A stretch of DNA of 64,000 bases. Source: a virus. A model generated the notes under the pieces. It did no database searches. It was not told the DNA's origin and saw only the letters and a list, made by a program, of their open reading frames with translations. Below, in pieces: positions 18,162 through 27,069 of this stretch. The first letter of the stretch is position 1; each line of letters starts with the position of its first letter. The stretch covers positions 1 through 64,000 of the IMG/VR virus record IMGVR_UViG_3300032323_001119. The stretch is one strand, 5' to 3'. A program made the position numbers and the translations under genes.

Positions 18162-18278
18162 ATGAACCTAGAGCAATTCAAGGCTCACGTTATCGCACAA
18201 CGTGAAGCAAGCAAGGCAGAAGCCTTGTCAGTCCTATCTGCTACAATTACCAAATCAACAACGAAAGAAGGCAACTAA
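18162..18278 (+). CDS. Micro-ORF (38 aa) containing the next promoter and leader
   Basis: ACGAAAGAAGG leader; MNLEQFKAHV...LSVLSATITKSTTKEGN. Confidence 0.5.
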   Translation: MNLEQFKAHVIAQREASKAEALSVLSATITKSTTKEGN

Positions 18279-18475
18279 TGTCAGCAAATGTCTACTCCGT
18301 AGAGAGTCTGCTAATCGGCAAGGCTTACAATTCCCGTTCCGTATCTGGCGAAATAATTGACGCAGAAAAAACCGATAAAGTTTGGTATGCGGATTGCGAT
18401 ACTTATCGCGTTCAGGTTAGACCACGCCACGGATTTAACGATACTTATCGTTATCTAGCGGTAAAAACTTCATAA
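18278..18475 (+). CDS. Small early protein
   Basis: Own promoter and leader. Confidence 0.65.
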   Translation: MSANVYSVESLLIGKAYNSRSVSGEIIDAEKTDKVWYADCDTYRVQVRPRHGFNDTYRYLAVKTS

Positions 18476-18566
18476 CTAAATAATCGAAACAGGGGCAGTT
18501 TAGAGAGTGTTCTCGCCCAATGTCGTAAGTAAGAACTCTCACCAATTTTTTAACGAAAGGAAAACT

Positions 18567-18731
18567 ATGTTAAACATAATCGACAAAACCGATTTCTATG
18601 AAATCGCAGATGAGCAACACTTTTGCTGTGATGAAAGTCAGTTTAAGTATTACTGTATCGAGCACCTAGAGTTTATGGGTTGCTACTTTTGCGGATTTGA
18701 CTATGACAAGGATTGCGAGGAACAACACTAA
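18567..18731 (+). CDS. Small Cys-rich early protein
   Basis: ACGAAAGG leader before ATG 18567. Confidence 0.6.
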   Translation: MLNIIDKTDFYEIADEQHFCCDESQFKYYCIEHLEFMGCYFCGFDYDKDCEEQH

Positions 18732-18905
18732 TGGGACACATTGAGTTTTTCCGCCTTGATGATGAAGGCGCTGGGTGGGTAGATTTGGATCAAGCCACTC
18801 CAGAGGAATTGCTAACTCTTGAGATAGGCTTATTTCAAGAGGGCGCCCTCTAATTTGTCAGACCCCTCTGCTACAATACTCTAAATAACTACGAAAGGGA
18901 AACTA

Positions 18906-19112
18906 ATGTATAAAGTAACTTGCCAGTATGACTTTGAGGAAAGCCCTCATTGGTCTGCAAACTACGAGGACGAATTCGAAGCGTGGAAATCTTTTTTCTC
19001 ATTCACCGACTGGGGAATGGCTAACGAATACTCAACTGTAAATATTTACACACCAGCATTGAAATGCTACACAAAAGTTTTTTATCGCAACGGAATGGTG
19101 GTAACGAAATGA
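18906..19112 (+). CDS. Small early protein
   Basis: Promoter 18856 and ACGAAAGG leader. Confidence 0.65.
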   Translation: MYKVTCQYDFEESPHWSANYEDEFEAWKSFFSFTDWGMANEYSTVNIYTPALKCYTKVFYRNGMVVTK

Positions 19113-19303
19113 TGACCCGTAAAGATTATGTAGCAACCGCAGAAATTCTAAAGTATGCAAGCAACAAAACGCACCCAGCGTTATTTTCTAAAATCGTAAA
19201 TGATTTTGCGGAAATGTTTGCAAAAGATAATCCTCGATTTGATGTCGTGAGATTTCACGAAGCCAGCAACTACACAACAATTTTTGGAAAGGTTGAAAAA
19301 TGA
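19109..19303 (+). CDS. Small early protein
   Basis: MMTRKDY...FAKDNPRFD..RF motif; similar motif at the C-terminus of 43384..43842. Confidence 0.65.
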   Translation: MMTRKDYVATAEILKYASNKTHPALFSKIVNDFAEMFAKDNPRFDVVRFHEASNYTTIFGKVEK

Positions 19304-19432
19304 TTTTAGAAATGTCAGCAATTTATTGTGAAGCGTGTGAGGACTCAGCGTTTATCGTTCAACATGAGGATATGATAGAAATTTCTGCGTGTGCTTGCGA
19401 ACAAGATTTGCAACAATTAGCGGAGTGGATAA

Positions 19433-19552
19433 ATGAACCTTAAAGAAAAAATAAAACGCATTCAGGAATTGCGGAGATCAAACGCCGCAACTCCTGTTCG
19501 CAATAAGAAAAAATACACACGCAAGCGCAAGCATAAAAATTCAGAGTATTGA
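19433..19552 (+). CDS. Small basic protein, ArfA-like tail
   Basis: GGAG RBS; ...LRRSNAATPVRNKKKYTRKRKH. Confidence 0.55.
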   Translation: MNLKEKIKRIQELRRSNAATPVRNKKKYTRKRKHKNSEY

Positions 19553-19806
19553 ATATTTATGCGACCCGCACATAGCTGCGGGGTCGGGCGTGTCGTTAAG
19601 TAGGTGATCAAAATCACCCTGGAATTTTTGGGCGTGTTGTAGAAAATGTCAGTGGGCCATGGTATTATTCTCTTAAATCTAACGAAAGGCTCATCCATGG
19701 ATTTTTATGATGAATACTATGAAACAGATATGATACGCCCAGACGCTAAGTCTTGCTATTGCACTAATCATTCTATTTGTACTAATTGTGTTAAGGGGTA
19801 TAACTA

Positions 19807-20529
19807 ATGACTAAACTAAAGCGCTCAAATGATAGAAAGGTGGCTAACCTTGTCACAAAAAATGGAAAGCAAGCCGCAATTGCCAATACATTCGGATTAC
19901 CTGCAGGAAAGGCTTATTCATGTCCTGGCGCTACGAGTATCTGCGAAAGTGTTTGCTATGCAGGCAAATTGGAAAAACTCTTCCCTGGTGTAAAAACTAA
20001 TCTATTGCACAATTGGGAATTGTTACGCAATGCAGACATGGATAGCATGTTGCTATTGCTTGATGAAATGATTGTAGAATTTGTTGCAGACTGTGAAAAG
20101 AAAGACGCCCCTAAGTTATTCCGTATACACTGGGACGGGGACTTCTTTAATGATACCTACGCATATGCCTGGAAGACTATTATCATGAACCACCCCGATG
20201 TTCAATTCTGGGTTTATACACGTGTAAAGTCTGCAGCACTTATTCTTAAGGATGTATCTAATCTGTCTCTTTACTATTCAACGGATGACGAGAATAAAGA
20301 AATAGCATTCGATTTGAAAACTAATTCTAAGGTCCGCCTTGCTTATCTAGGCAAGACATTCGCAGACACTGAGGGCACCATGAAAGAATTAACTGGTAAG
20401 CCTGGCGCTAAGTGTCCTGAGAATATGAAATCAATTCCGCTTATTAGCAATGCAGGGTCCGCATGTGTTTCATGTGGCCTATGTGTTTATGGTAAAGCAG
20501 ACATTCGATTCTCTGCGAGTAAAAAATAA
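19807..20529 (+). CDS. Gp88-like (radical-SAM-related) Fe-S protein
   Basis: CPGATSICESVCYA, FRIHWDGDF, WVYTR, C-terminal CxxCxxC. Confidence 0.75.
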   Translation: MTKLKRSNDRKVANLVTKNGKQAAIANTFGLPAGKAYSCPGATSICESVCYAGKLEKLFPGVKTNLLHNWELLRNADMDSMLLLLDEMIVEFVADCEKKDAPKLFRIHWDGDFFNDTYAYAWKTIIMNHPDVQFWVYTRVKSAALILKDVSNLSLYYSTDDENKEIAFDLKTNSKVRLAYLGKTFADTEGTMKELTGKPGAKCPENMKSIPLISNAGSACVSCGLCVYGKADIRFSASKK

Positions 20530-20814
20530 TGTATGAAGTTATTGGAGCTATTGTAGGATTCTTAATGATATTAACTTCCTTATTACCGTTTGCCCTTGTG
20601 TACTATTTATTTAAACACTTATAACGGCGTGTTGACTTGACAAGATCAAGTCAGCCCCCATATTTGAGGGGTTATCCACAGGTTTAAGTGGAGTTATCCA
20701 CAATCCCTGGAATTTTGTGATTAATCTCACAAAAGCTGCGACACGCCGAGGATGGATTAGGTAATGTCAGTGGGTAATGCTAAAATACTCTTATCCAACA
20801 ACGAAAGGTAACAA

Positions 20815-21039
20815 ATGCCAAATGTAATCACCGTTCCACACACAGTGGAGTTTGTCGCTACTATTGATTTAGATAAGATTGACTCCAACCTATTACCCAC
20901 CCTATTATCTTTATCTGAGGATGAACTAACAAAGATGTGTTCAGAAGCAACACACTCTGCACTAGACATAGCAGATGTATTAACAGTTGCTAACAAAGGT
21001 TATTCTTGGGCTGAACTATCTATCAAGAAGGGAAACTAA
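20815..21039 (+). CDS. Hypothetical early protein
   Basis: Promoter 20765 and CAACGAAAGG leader. Confidence 0.65.
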   Translation: MPNVITVPHTVEFVATIDLDKIDSNLLPTLLSLSEDELTKMCSEATHSALDIADVLTVANKGYSWAELSIKKGN

Positions 21040-21041
21040 TA

Positions 21042-21308
21042 ATGGGATACACAACAGCGTTATCTATTGCTGAGGACTTATCGCTAGAGGCAGGACTTGC
21101 TTATCACTTACAGGGTAATCATTACCCACCCGTTCCCGTCTCAATGGTGCAACCTTGCATAGATGCTATTGATGCGTTCTATGATGAGGAATACAGCCGT
21201 GAGATCAATTTACCTGAAGGTATAACTTGGAGAGGTCAGACTTCCTGCCCTGCGTCTGCGATAGTAGATGCCCACCACTTGGAAGCGTGGCTACCTGAGT
21301 ATGACTAA
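21042..21308 (+). CDS. Hypothetical early protein
   Basis: HLQGNHYPPVP motif; operon context. Confidence 0.65.
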   Translation: MGYTTALSIAEDLSLEAGLAYHLQGNHYPPVPVSMVQPCIDAIDAFYDEEYSREINLPEGITWRGQTSCPASAIVDAHHLEAWLPEYD

Positions 21309-21403
21309 GGTCACACAATAACTTTCTCAAATAATGAGATAGGGCTTGATAAATGTCAGCCCCCAATGCTACAATACTACCCTACACAGAAAGAAGGAAG
21401 CAA

Positions 21404-21586
21404 ATGACAGTACAAGATAAGTTGTATCAGGTTGGAGATTTATTCACCACCCTAAAGTCAAAAAAGACAGGTGTGATTAAAGAAATCCACCCACAGGCAT
21501 CTGGCTCGGTGCGTGTGTTGCTAGAAATGCCAAACAAGGAAACTCGCTGGACATCAGTATCAGCAAGCACCCTAGCAGGTAATTAG
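21404..21586 (+). CDS. Small SH3/KOW-like protein
   Basis: QVGDLF...TGVIKEI; start after AGAAGGAAG. Confidence 0.55.
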   Translation: MTVQDKLYQVGDLFTTLKSKKTGVIKEIHPQASGSVRVLLEMPNKETRWTSVSASTLAGN

Positions 21587-21659
21587 CATAGGGCAGGGGG
21601 GTTGTCAGACCCCCCTGCTATAATACTCTCAACAACAACCAACCAACGAAAGGTAACAA

Positions 21660-22076
21660 ATGTCAAGAGCAATCACAGTAAAGGTGGCAACACCAAAGGT
21701 AATCAAGGCTTTGGAAACAAAGTTAGCAACAATCAAGAAAGACTATGCAGAGCAAGGTGCAAACGAGGCTAAGTATGAAAAGGCTCGTAAGATTTGGCAG
21801 AAGGAACTTCAGGACTATGCAATCGCAAACATCAAGAAGTCAGAGAACCTTCGCACTTCTTACCGCTCTTGGAATAACACTCTCAACATTGACTTTGATT
21901 TGACAGTATCCGAAAAGGATTTGCCAAAAGAGCCTGAGCGTGATTTTGTAACAATGCACCAACACACATACAATGAATTAGTTGAGGACATCACAAATGC
22001 TCTCACAATTCTAAAGATGACAGATGAGGAAACAGTAAATGCTTCTACAATGAAGCAAATTGCTCGTTATCTCTAA
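21660..22076 (+). CDS. Hypothetical early protein
   Basis: Promoter 21603; AACCAACGAAAGG leader. Confidence 0.7.
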   Translation: MSRAITVKVATPKVIKALETKLATIKKDYAEQGANEAKYEKARKIWQKELQDYAIANIKKSENLRTSYRSWNNTLNIDFDLTVSEKDLPKEPERDFVTMHQHTYNELVEDITNALTILKMTDEETVNASTMKQIARYL

Positions 22077-22085
22077 CTAATCCAA

Positions 22086-22113
22086 CGACCTGAGTATGTC
22101 GCCAAACTGCTCA
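22086..22113 (+). ncRNA. H-type pseudoknot motif, copy 1
   Basis: CGAC-C-TGAGTA-T-GTCG-CCAAAC-TGCTCA. Confidence 0.6.
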
Positions 22114-22148
22114 CACCTTCGGGTGTAACTACTAACAAAGGTAAAGCA

Positions 22149-22376
22149 ATGCGTTTCAAAATTGAAATGTACGATGAAGTAAAACAAAATGATTTAACAA
22201 TCTATTCAGAAGAGGGCTATGATAACGAAAGCCTTAAAGAACTTGTCTTCTCAAACCTAAAGAGGTTTGATGGAAATGTTAAAGCTTTTGTCTATGATCA
22301 AAAAAATAAAAAGAAAACATCAGCGGCGTTTGTTCCTATGGAAACAGTCAATTACGTAAAATCATTGTCAAAGTAA
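22149..22376 (+). CDS. Hypothetical protein
   Basis: AAAGG RBS. Confidence 0.6.
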   Translation: MRFKIEMYDEVKQNDLTIYSEEGYDNESLKELVFSNLKRFDGNVKAFVYDQKNKKKTSAAFVPMETVNYVKSLSK

Positions 22377-22380
22377 AATG

Positions 22381-22410
22381 AGCGGGGCAGTTATTCTGCC
22401 CCGCTTGTTT
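22381..22410 (+). terminator. Intrinsic terminator
   Basis: AGCGGGGCAG-ttatt-CTGCCCCGCT then TGTTT. Confidence 0.7.
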
Positions 22411-22582
22411 GGCCCGCAATAATGTGGGGGGTTATCCACAGGTTTAAGTGAGCTTGTGGAAAACCCCTGAAATTATGTGAGATTACTCACACTGATCAAT
22501 TCGGACATATTGTAACTAATCCTAGACAATGTCAGTGGGGTCTGTTATACTTACAACTAATCAAACGAAAGGTAATAAATAT

Positions 22583-23590
22583 ATGGCTCACAATCTCGAA
22601 GTCGAAAACGGCGAAGTTGCATTTGCATTGCGTGGCGCTCCTGCTTGGCACAATCTTGCAAATCGCATCTTTACAAAAGATGAAGAAGTTACAACTCAAA
22701 CAATGCTTGATGAAGCAAAACTTTCTAATTGGAATGTTCGCTTGTCTCCATTGACCGACCACATTTCAGAATCTTGGAATGATGTATCGAATGCTCAATT
22801 AGTTATTCGTGATAACCCATTTAATAAGGGTACTGATGTTCTCGCAACTGTTGGTAAGCGTTACAAGCCTGTGCAGAATGAAGAACTATTCGCATTCGCT
22901 GATGCAATTCACGATGCAAATGCTGATTGCCGTTGGGAATCTGCTGGTTCTCTTAAGAAGGGCAAAGTTGTATTCGGAACTGTGGATATTCCTCGCACAA
23001 TGGTTCTTGACCCACAAGGTGCAAACGATGAAACTAAACTCTATCTAATCGTATGGACATCTCACGACGGGTCTGTTGCTGTTCAGGCTGCTGTTACTCC
23101 TGTTCGTGTTGTATGCCAAAACACTTTGAACCTTGCAATGCGTAATGCAAAGCAATCTTTCAAGATTCGCCACACGCAATCTGTTGAAGGTCGCATTCAA
23201 GTTGCTCGTGAAACTCTTGGGCTTGCTCTTGGTTACTTTGATGAATTCGAAGCCGAAGCAAAGTCTCTCTACTCACAAGCAATTACCGATGCTGAATTCT
23301 CAAAGTTGATTCAGACAATTTATCCTAAGCCAGATAAAGATGCTGCAAAGGTTGCGCTAACTAAGTGGGAGAACAAGGTTGTTCTGCTTGATGACCTTTA
23401 CCACAATTCACCAACGAATGCTAATATCAAGGGAACAAAGTGGGGTGCATTCAATGCACTTACTGAGCGCCTTGATTACTATCGTTCAGGTCGTGGCAAT
23501 TCTGAAACACTAATGGCTGGTGCATCAGGGTTTGACCCAATTCTAACCGCAGAAAAAAATAAAATTAAGAAATTAATTTCTGCGTTTTAA
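22583..23590 (+). CDS. DUF932 family protein
   Basis: MAHNLE...PAWH, YKPVQN, ESAGSL, SHDGS, TPVRVVCQNTL, WGAFNA. Confidence 0.85.
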   Translation: MAHNLEVENGEVAFALRGAPAWHNLANRIFTKDEEVTTQTMLDEAKLSNWNVRLSPLTDHISESWNDVSNAQLVIRDNPFNKGTDVLATVGKRYKPVQNEELFAFADAIHDANADCRWESAGSLKKGKVVFGTVDIPRTMVLDPQGANDETKLYLIVWTSHDGSVAVQAAVTPVRVVCQNTLNLAMRNAKQSFKIRHTQSVEGRIQVARETLGLALGYFDEFEAEAKSLYSQAITDAEFSKLIQTIYPKPDKDAAKVALTKWENKVVLLDDLYHNSPTNANIKGTKWGAFNALTERLDYYRSGRGNSETLMAGASGFDPILTAEKNKIKKLISAF

Positions 23591-23595
23591 TAAAT

Positions 23596-23624
23596 AAATC
23601 CTGAGCAAGATTTAAAACTGCTCA
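23596..23624 (+). ncRNA. H-type pseudoknot motif, copy 2
   Basis: AAATC-C-TGAGCA-A-GATTT-AAAAC-TGCTCA. Confidence 0.6.
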
Positions 23625-23630
23625 CCATTT

Positions 23631-23704
23631 GGTCTGTTAGCTCAGTTGGTTAGAGCGCTACCCTGTCACGGTAGAGGTCGACGGTTCAAGTCCGTTACAG
23701 ATCG
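23631..23704 (+). tRNA. tRNA-Asp(GUC)
   Basis: CTACC-CTGTCAC-GGTAG anticodon arm; canonical D/T arms. Confidence 0.9.
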
Positions 23705-23840
23705 CAAATTATATTTATGCAGATCAATGCATAACTATGCGCCCGCAATATTAAGGGAAAAAAAATTGTGTTAAGTGTCACATAAAAAATTCCCTGGAAT
23801 CTGTAGACAAATGTCAGTGTGGTCCTGTATAATTCTCGTC

Positions 23841-24500
23841 ATGACCAACTATCAGAAGTATACATGGGTGTGCACAGGCGACTGTGACGCATTGATCGAA
23901 TACACAATTAAAGATGGATATGGTTGGCCAGCGGGTGTGATGGACCTCACATGCCGTTGCAACTCTAACTGTACATTATTGTCAGTGGAAGATGCTACAA
24001 TACCGTATACAGATTCACCCCTACCAACGAAAGAGGAACAAATGGAAACAACAATTGGCTCGGATGCATTCCACTCGACTGCAGTCGAATACAATCCTGA
24101 TTTACTAGTTACATATAAAGTAATTAAGGGTTACTCTGACCCTGAATACACAACATCTAAAGTTACATCTCTTGAATGGGATTTGCATAACGGGCGCCAA
24201 GCACAGAAGCGTGTTGGTCTTCTTGAGTCTAACATTAACACAGTTAAAGATATTATCTCTGAGGCATATGCTGATTCAGATGACCAAGATACTCTCCGTG
24301 CAATTGCCGAAGCGCTTAGCATTGAATTAACTAGAACTGTAGAGTTCACCGCAACTATCGAGGTTAGCGGAACAATTGACCTCAACCTTCTTGAAGACTA
24401 TGATTTTGAAACAGAAATCACAGACAACCTTTATGTTGATTCACAGAGTGGAAACATTGAAATTGGCGATACTGAAATCTGTTATGTGAGGGAAGCATAA
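23841..24500 (+). CDS. Hypothetical protein (leaderless start; internal in-frame start at 24042)
   Basis: ATG 7 nt after TATAAT; second promoter (23980) and leader precede ATG 24042. Confidence 0.6.
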   Translation: MTNYQKYTWVCTGDCDALIEYTIKDGYGWPAGVMDLTCRCNSNCTLLSVEDATIPYTDSPLPTKEEQMETTIGSDAFHSTAVEYNPDLLVTYKVIKGYSDPEYTTSKVTSLEWDLHNGRQAQKRVGLLESNINTVKDIISEAYADSDDQDTLRAIAEALSIELTRTVEFTATIEVSGTIDLNLLEDYDFETEITDNLYVDSQSGNIEIGDTEICYVREA

Positions 24501-24715
24501 TGTATTTCGAACTCACCGCTCCTAATAGGCTCTCCATGGAGAGAGCCTATTGGGATGCACATATCATTGGACTGGACCCTACTGTAATGTCAGCATTGAC
24601 TTTCAACATTGGAACTGGTAGTATTGAGAAGGTAAGTCGTATTCGTGATAAGTATAACTTGATTGAAAGTTATACATCAGACTATGAGCCAACAGAAATT
24701 TATAATAGGAGATAA
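24500..24715 (+). CDS. Hypothetical protein
   Basis: TAATG coupling. Confidence 0.6.
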   Translation: MYFELTAPNRLSMERAYWDAHIIGLDPTVMSALTFNIGTGSIEKVSRIRDKYNLIESYTSDYEPTEIYNRR

Positions 24716-24716
24716 T

Positions 24717-24863
24717 ATGTCAGACTACAAAGATGGTTTTGAGGACGGGTACAAGTTTGCTCGTGAAGAGATGATGGAGAAGTTATCAGAGATTGATATC
24801 GCCGATATCGACTCTTGGATTCTTGACCGTCTTTCTGAGATGATTGAAGGCGGGACACTATGA
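24717..24863 (+). CDS. Hypothetical protein
   Basis: AGGAG RBS; YKDGFEDGY. Confidence 0.6.
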   Translation: MSDYKDGFEDGYKFAREEMMEKLSEIDIADIDSWILDRLSEMIEGGTL

Positions 24864-25069
24864 CATCTGAGGACCTAACAAGATGGATTGGCTGTGATCA
24901 ATGCCATACAGCTCAAGCAATGTATATGGTCAAGCTAGTAGAGGGTGAGCTATTCTTTTGTGGCCACCACTACAACGCAAGCAAGGCAGGCCTTGACAAG
25001 GTCGCATACGAAGTGATAGAATTAAACAAAATCGAAGAAGCGGTACCTCAACTAGAAACGGCGGAATAA
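24860..25069 (+). CDS. Zn-finger-like protein
   Basis: CDQC...LFFCGHH. Confidence 0.65.
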   Translation: MTSEDLTRWIGCDQCHTAQAMYMVKLVEGELFFCGHHYNASKAGLDKVAYEVIELNKIEEAVPQLETAE

Positions 25070-25070
25070 A

Positions 25071-25466
25071 ATGGGCGACAGAGCAAACTTTGGATTCAAG
25101 CAATCTAATGATGAAACAATCGTATTATACGGTCACTGGGCTGGACATGAAATGCTTGCTAATCTTGCAGAAGCAGTAGAGAAAGCACGTTCACGCTGGA
25201 CCGATGAATCATATGCAACACGTATTGTTGTATCTAATTTAATTGGAGATAACTGGCATGAGACCACGGGTTGGGGTCTAACGGTTAACAACATTCTAGA
25301 CAACGAGCACAAAATTCCTGTTATCGATTGGCGCTCAGGGACCTTTAGTCTTCATGAGGAAGCCTCGTGGGAAGAAGATACCAAGGTTAAAGGTATGATG
25401 GATGAACCAATGTTCACAATGACATTAGATTCATTTGTTAATAAGTACTCTAGGGTAAACGCATAA
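25071..25466 (+). CDS. Hypothetical protein
   Basis: MGDRAN...LYGHWAG motif. Confidence 0.7.
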   Translation: MGDRANFGFKQSNDETIVLYGHWAGHEMLANLAEAVEKARSRWTDESYATRIVVSNLIGDNWHETTGWGLTVNNILDNEHKIPVIDWRSGTFSLHEEASWEEDTKVKGMMDEPMFTMTLDSFVNKYSRVNA

Positions 25467-25475
25467 ATTAATTCA

Positions 25476-25559
25476 AGGGTGCCTCTAGCAGTCACACGAC
25501 GTGGCCAGGGGTTAAATAAAGCATCGGATTTTACTTTCGTTGGTTACCGATAGCAGCCT
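25476..25559 (+). ncRNA. Putative structured antisense RNA (loop complementary to early-gene leaders)
   Basis: Closing stem AGGGTGC/GCAGCCT (one mismatch), GTCAC/GTGGC hairpin, ATCGG/CCGAT hairpin with loop containing TTACTTTCGTTGGTT. Confidence 0.5.
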
Positions 25560-25761
25560 GTGTAAGAACTTGACAAATAGATCAATGGCCCGCAAAAAAT
25601 AAGGGTAACATATTTTGTTTACGGGGTCAATATAAAAAACCCTGGAATTTTGTGATCTTGACCACATAGCTTGGAAAATGTGGTGTGAAACACACCCAAA
25701 TAGTATTCCAATTGTCAGTGGTCCAATGTATAATTATCACATATCAACGAAAGGATATAAT

Positions 25762-26535
25762 ATGCCAAATTGGGTATATAACACATTGACTATTCAAGGA
25801 CCTAAGTCTGAGATAGATATGATTAAAGATAGATTGAATAAGCCTTTTACATTAGCACAAGAGACATTCGGTATGGGTGATATTTCTTCTATGGGTTTCC
25901 CCACCAAAATTAAGCAGGTTGAATATAATAATCCTGTCTTTGCTTTCTACAATATACACTCATATAAAGATGACGGTATTACTGATGAAGAGTATGCCTG
26001 CCAGCCTGACCGTTCAGGTGTTGACATGAAAGACCCTCAATGGTTTGCTAAGTCTGTTGCATTCGCAAAGACTCAGAAGGATTGGTATTCTTGGAACAAC
26101 TCTAATTGGGGAACTAAGTGGGATGTTGCTGTATCTGATGATGACCAGTATCCAAACACAGAACTACTTGAATATAAATCAGATGGTGATGATAATTGGC
26201 TTGTCTACAAATATGAAACTGCTTGGTCACCTGCTGTAACTATTCTAACTAAACTATCTAATCTTGTTCCGAACTGCCTGCTCACATTAGAGTATGAGGA
26301 GGAAACAGGTTGGGGTGGAGAGTATGAGATTGTCCGTGGTGATGTTAAAACTATTCTAGAATATGAAAACCGCTGCTACGCTTGCCAGTCTTTTGATACA
26401 TTAGATTATTGTGAAGATGACTGCGGTGAATTTTGCTCCGAATGTAATCAAGGCTCTTGGCAAGATGAGGTGGCTATGAAAGAATGTCAGACCCACATGG
26501 TATTATTGGAATCTAAAGAAAAGGCGGATGCATAA
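25762..26535 (+). CDS. YubB/DUF1281-like ferredoxin-fold protein
   Basis: MPNWVYNTL, DWYSWNNSNWGTKWD, YETAWSP. Confidence 0.75.
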   Translation: MPNWVYNTLTIQGPKSEIDMIKDRLNKPFTLAQETFGMGDISSMGFPTKIKQVEYNNPVFAFYNIHSYKDDGITDEEYACQPDRSGVDMKDPQWFAKSVAFAKTQKDWYSWNNSNWGTKWDVAVSDDDQYPNTELLEYKSDGDDNWLVYKYETAWSPAVTILTKLSNLVPNCLLTLEYEEETGWGGEYEIVRGDVKTILEYENRCYACQSFDTLDYCEDDCGEFCSECNQGSWQDEVAMKECQTHMVLLESKEKADA

Positions 26536-26747
26536 TGGAAGCATTTACAGATACAGTTGGAGAACATATCCTTGGAGCAATTCAAGTAGATATTGAGCAA
26601 CATCTATTTGAGCAATGGAACAATGCTAATTTAGATGAGGGAGAAGCATATGCTGAATATAAGTTTATGCAATTTGCTCCTGATAGCCTAAAGCAATCAT
26701 ACAATGAATACTATGGCTATATTGAGGGAGATGAGTTTCTATTATGA
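26535..26747 (+). CDS. Hypothetical protein
   Basis: TAATG coupling. Confidence 0.6.
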   Translation: MEAFTDTVGEHILGAIQVDIEQHLFEQWNNANLDEGEAYAEYKFMQFAPDSLKQSYNEYYGYIEGDEFLL

Positions 26748-26883
26748 TTACATCACAAGAACTCATTGATTACATGTATGATGACAACTTAATCCATTTT
26801 GACGACAGAGATACATCAGATGATTGTGATTGTCACATTCATATAACACTTAATACTATGATTAAATATATGGAGGCAATTGA

Positions 26884-27069
26884 ATGCTAGGTTATGAGAT
26901 GTCTGATATTAATGAGATGATTAATGCTGTACATGATGCTAAGTTATTCTATCTTAGGTCCCCGTCCGATTTGATCGATAAGGAGCCTTTAATTAAAAGC
27001 TTGGAAAAGACAAATGATTTTCTTCAAGGCTTGTGGGCAGAGGGGTATTTTGATGGCTACCAAGACTAG
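26884..27069 (+). CDS. Hypothetical protein
   Basis: GGAGG RBS; LQGLWAEGYF. Confidence 0.6.
   Translation: MLGYEMSDINEMINAVHDAKLFYLRSPSDLIDKEPLIKSLEKTNDFLQGLWAEGYFDGYQD

Larger units (their letters stand above)
20672..22463. promoter_or_regulatory. DnaA boxes (two pairs)
   Basis: TTATCCACA at 20672, 20694, 22432; inverted TTTTCCACA at 22455-22463. Confidence 0.65.
16829..25694 (+). promoter_or_regulatory. Dispersed CRP/GlxR-type palindromes TGTGA-N6-TCACA (10 sites)
   Basis: Perfect at 16829, 17089, 20716, 22476; 1-2 mismatches at 18043, 19603, 21300, 23767, 25651, 25679. Confidence 0.7.

Noticed and set aside
22086-25559. Hammerhead, pistol or HDV/theta ribozyme identity for the pseudoknots and the 25476 RNA
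   Set aside because: CUGAUGA/GAAA core, pistol P2/P3 arrangement and HDV nested double pseudoknot not found by eye; a covariance-model scan is still advisable
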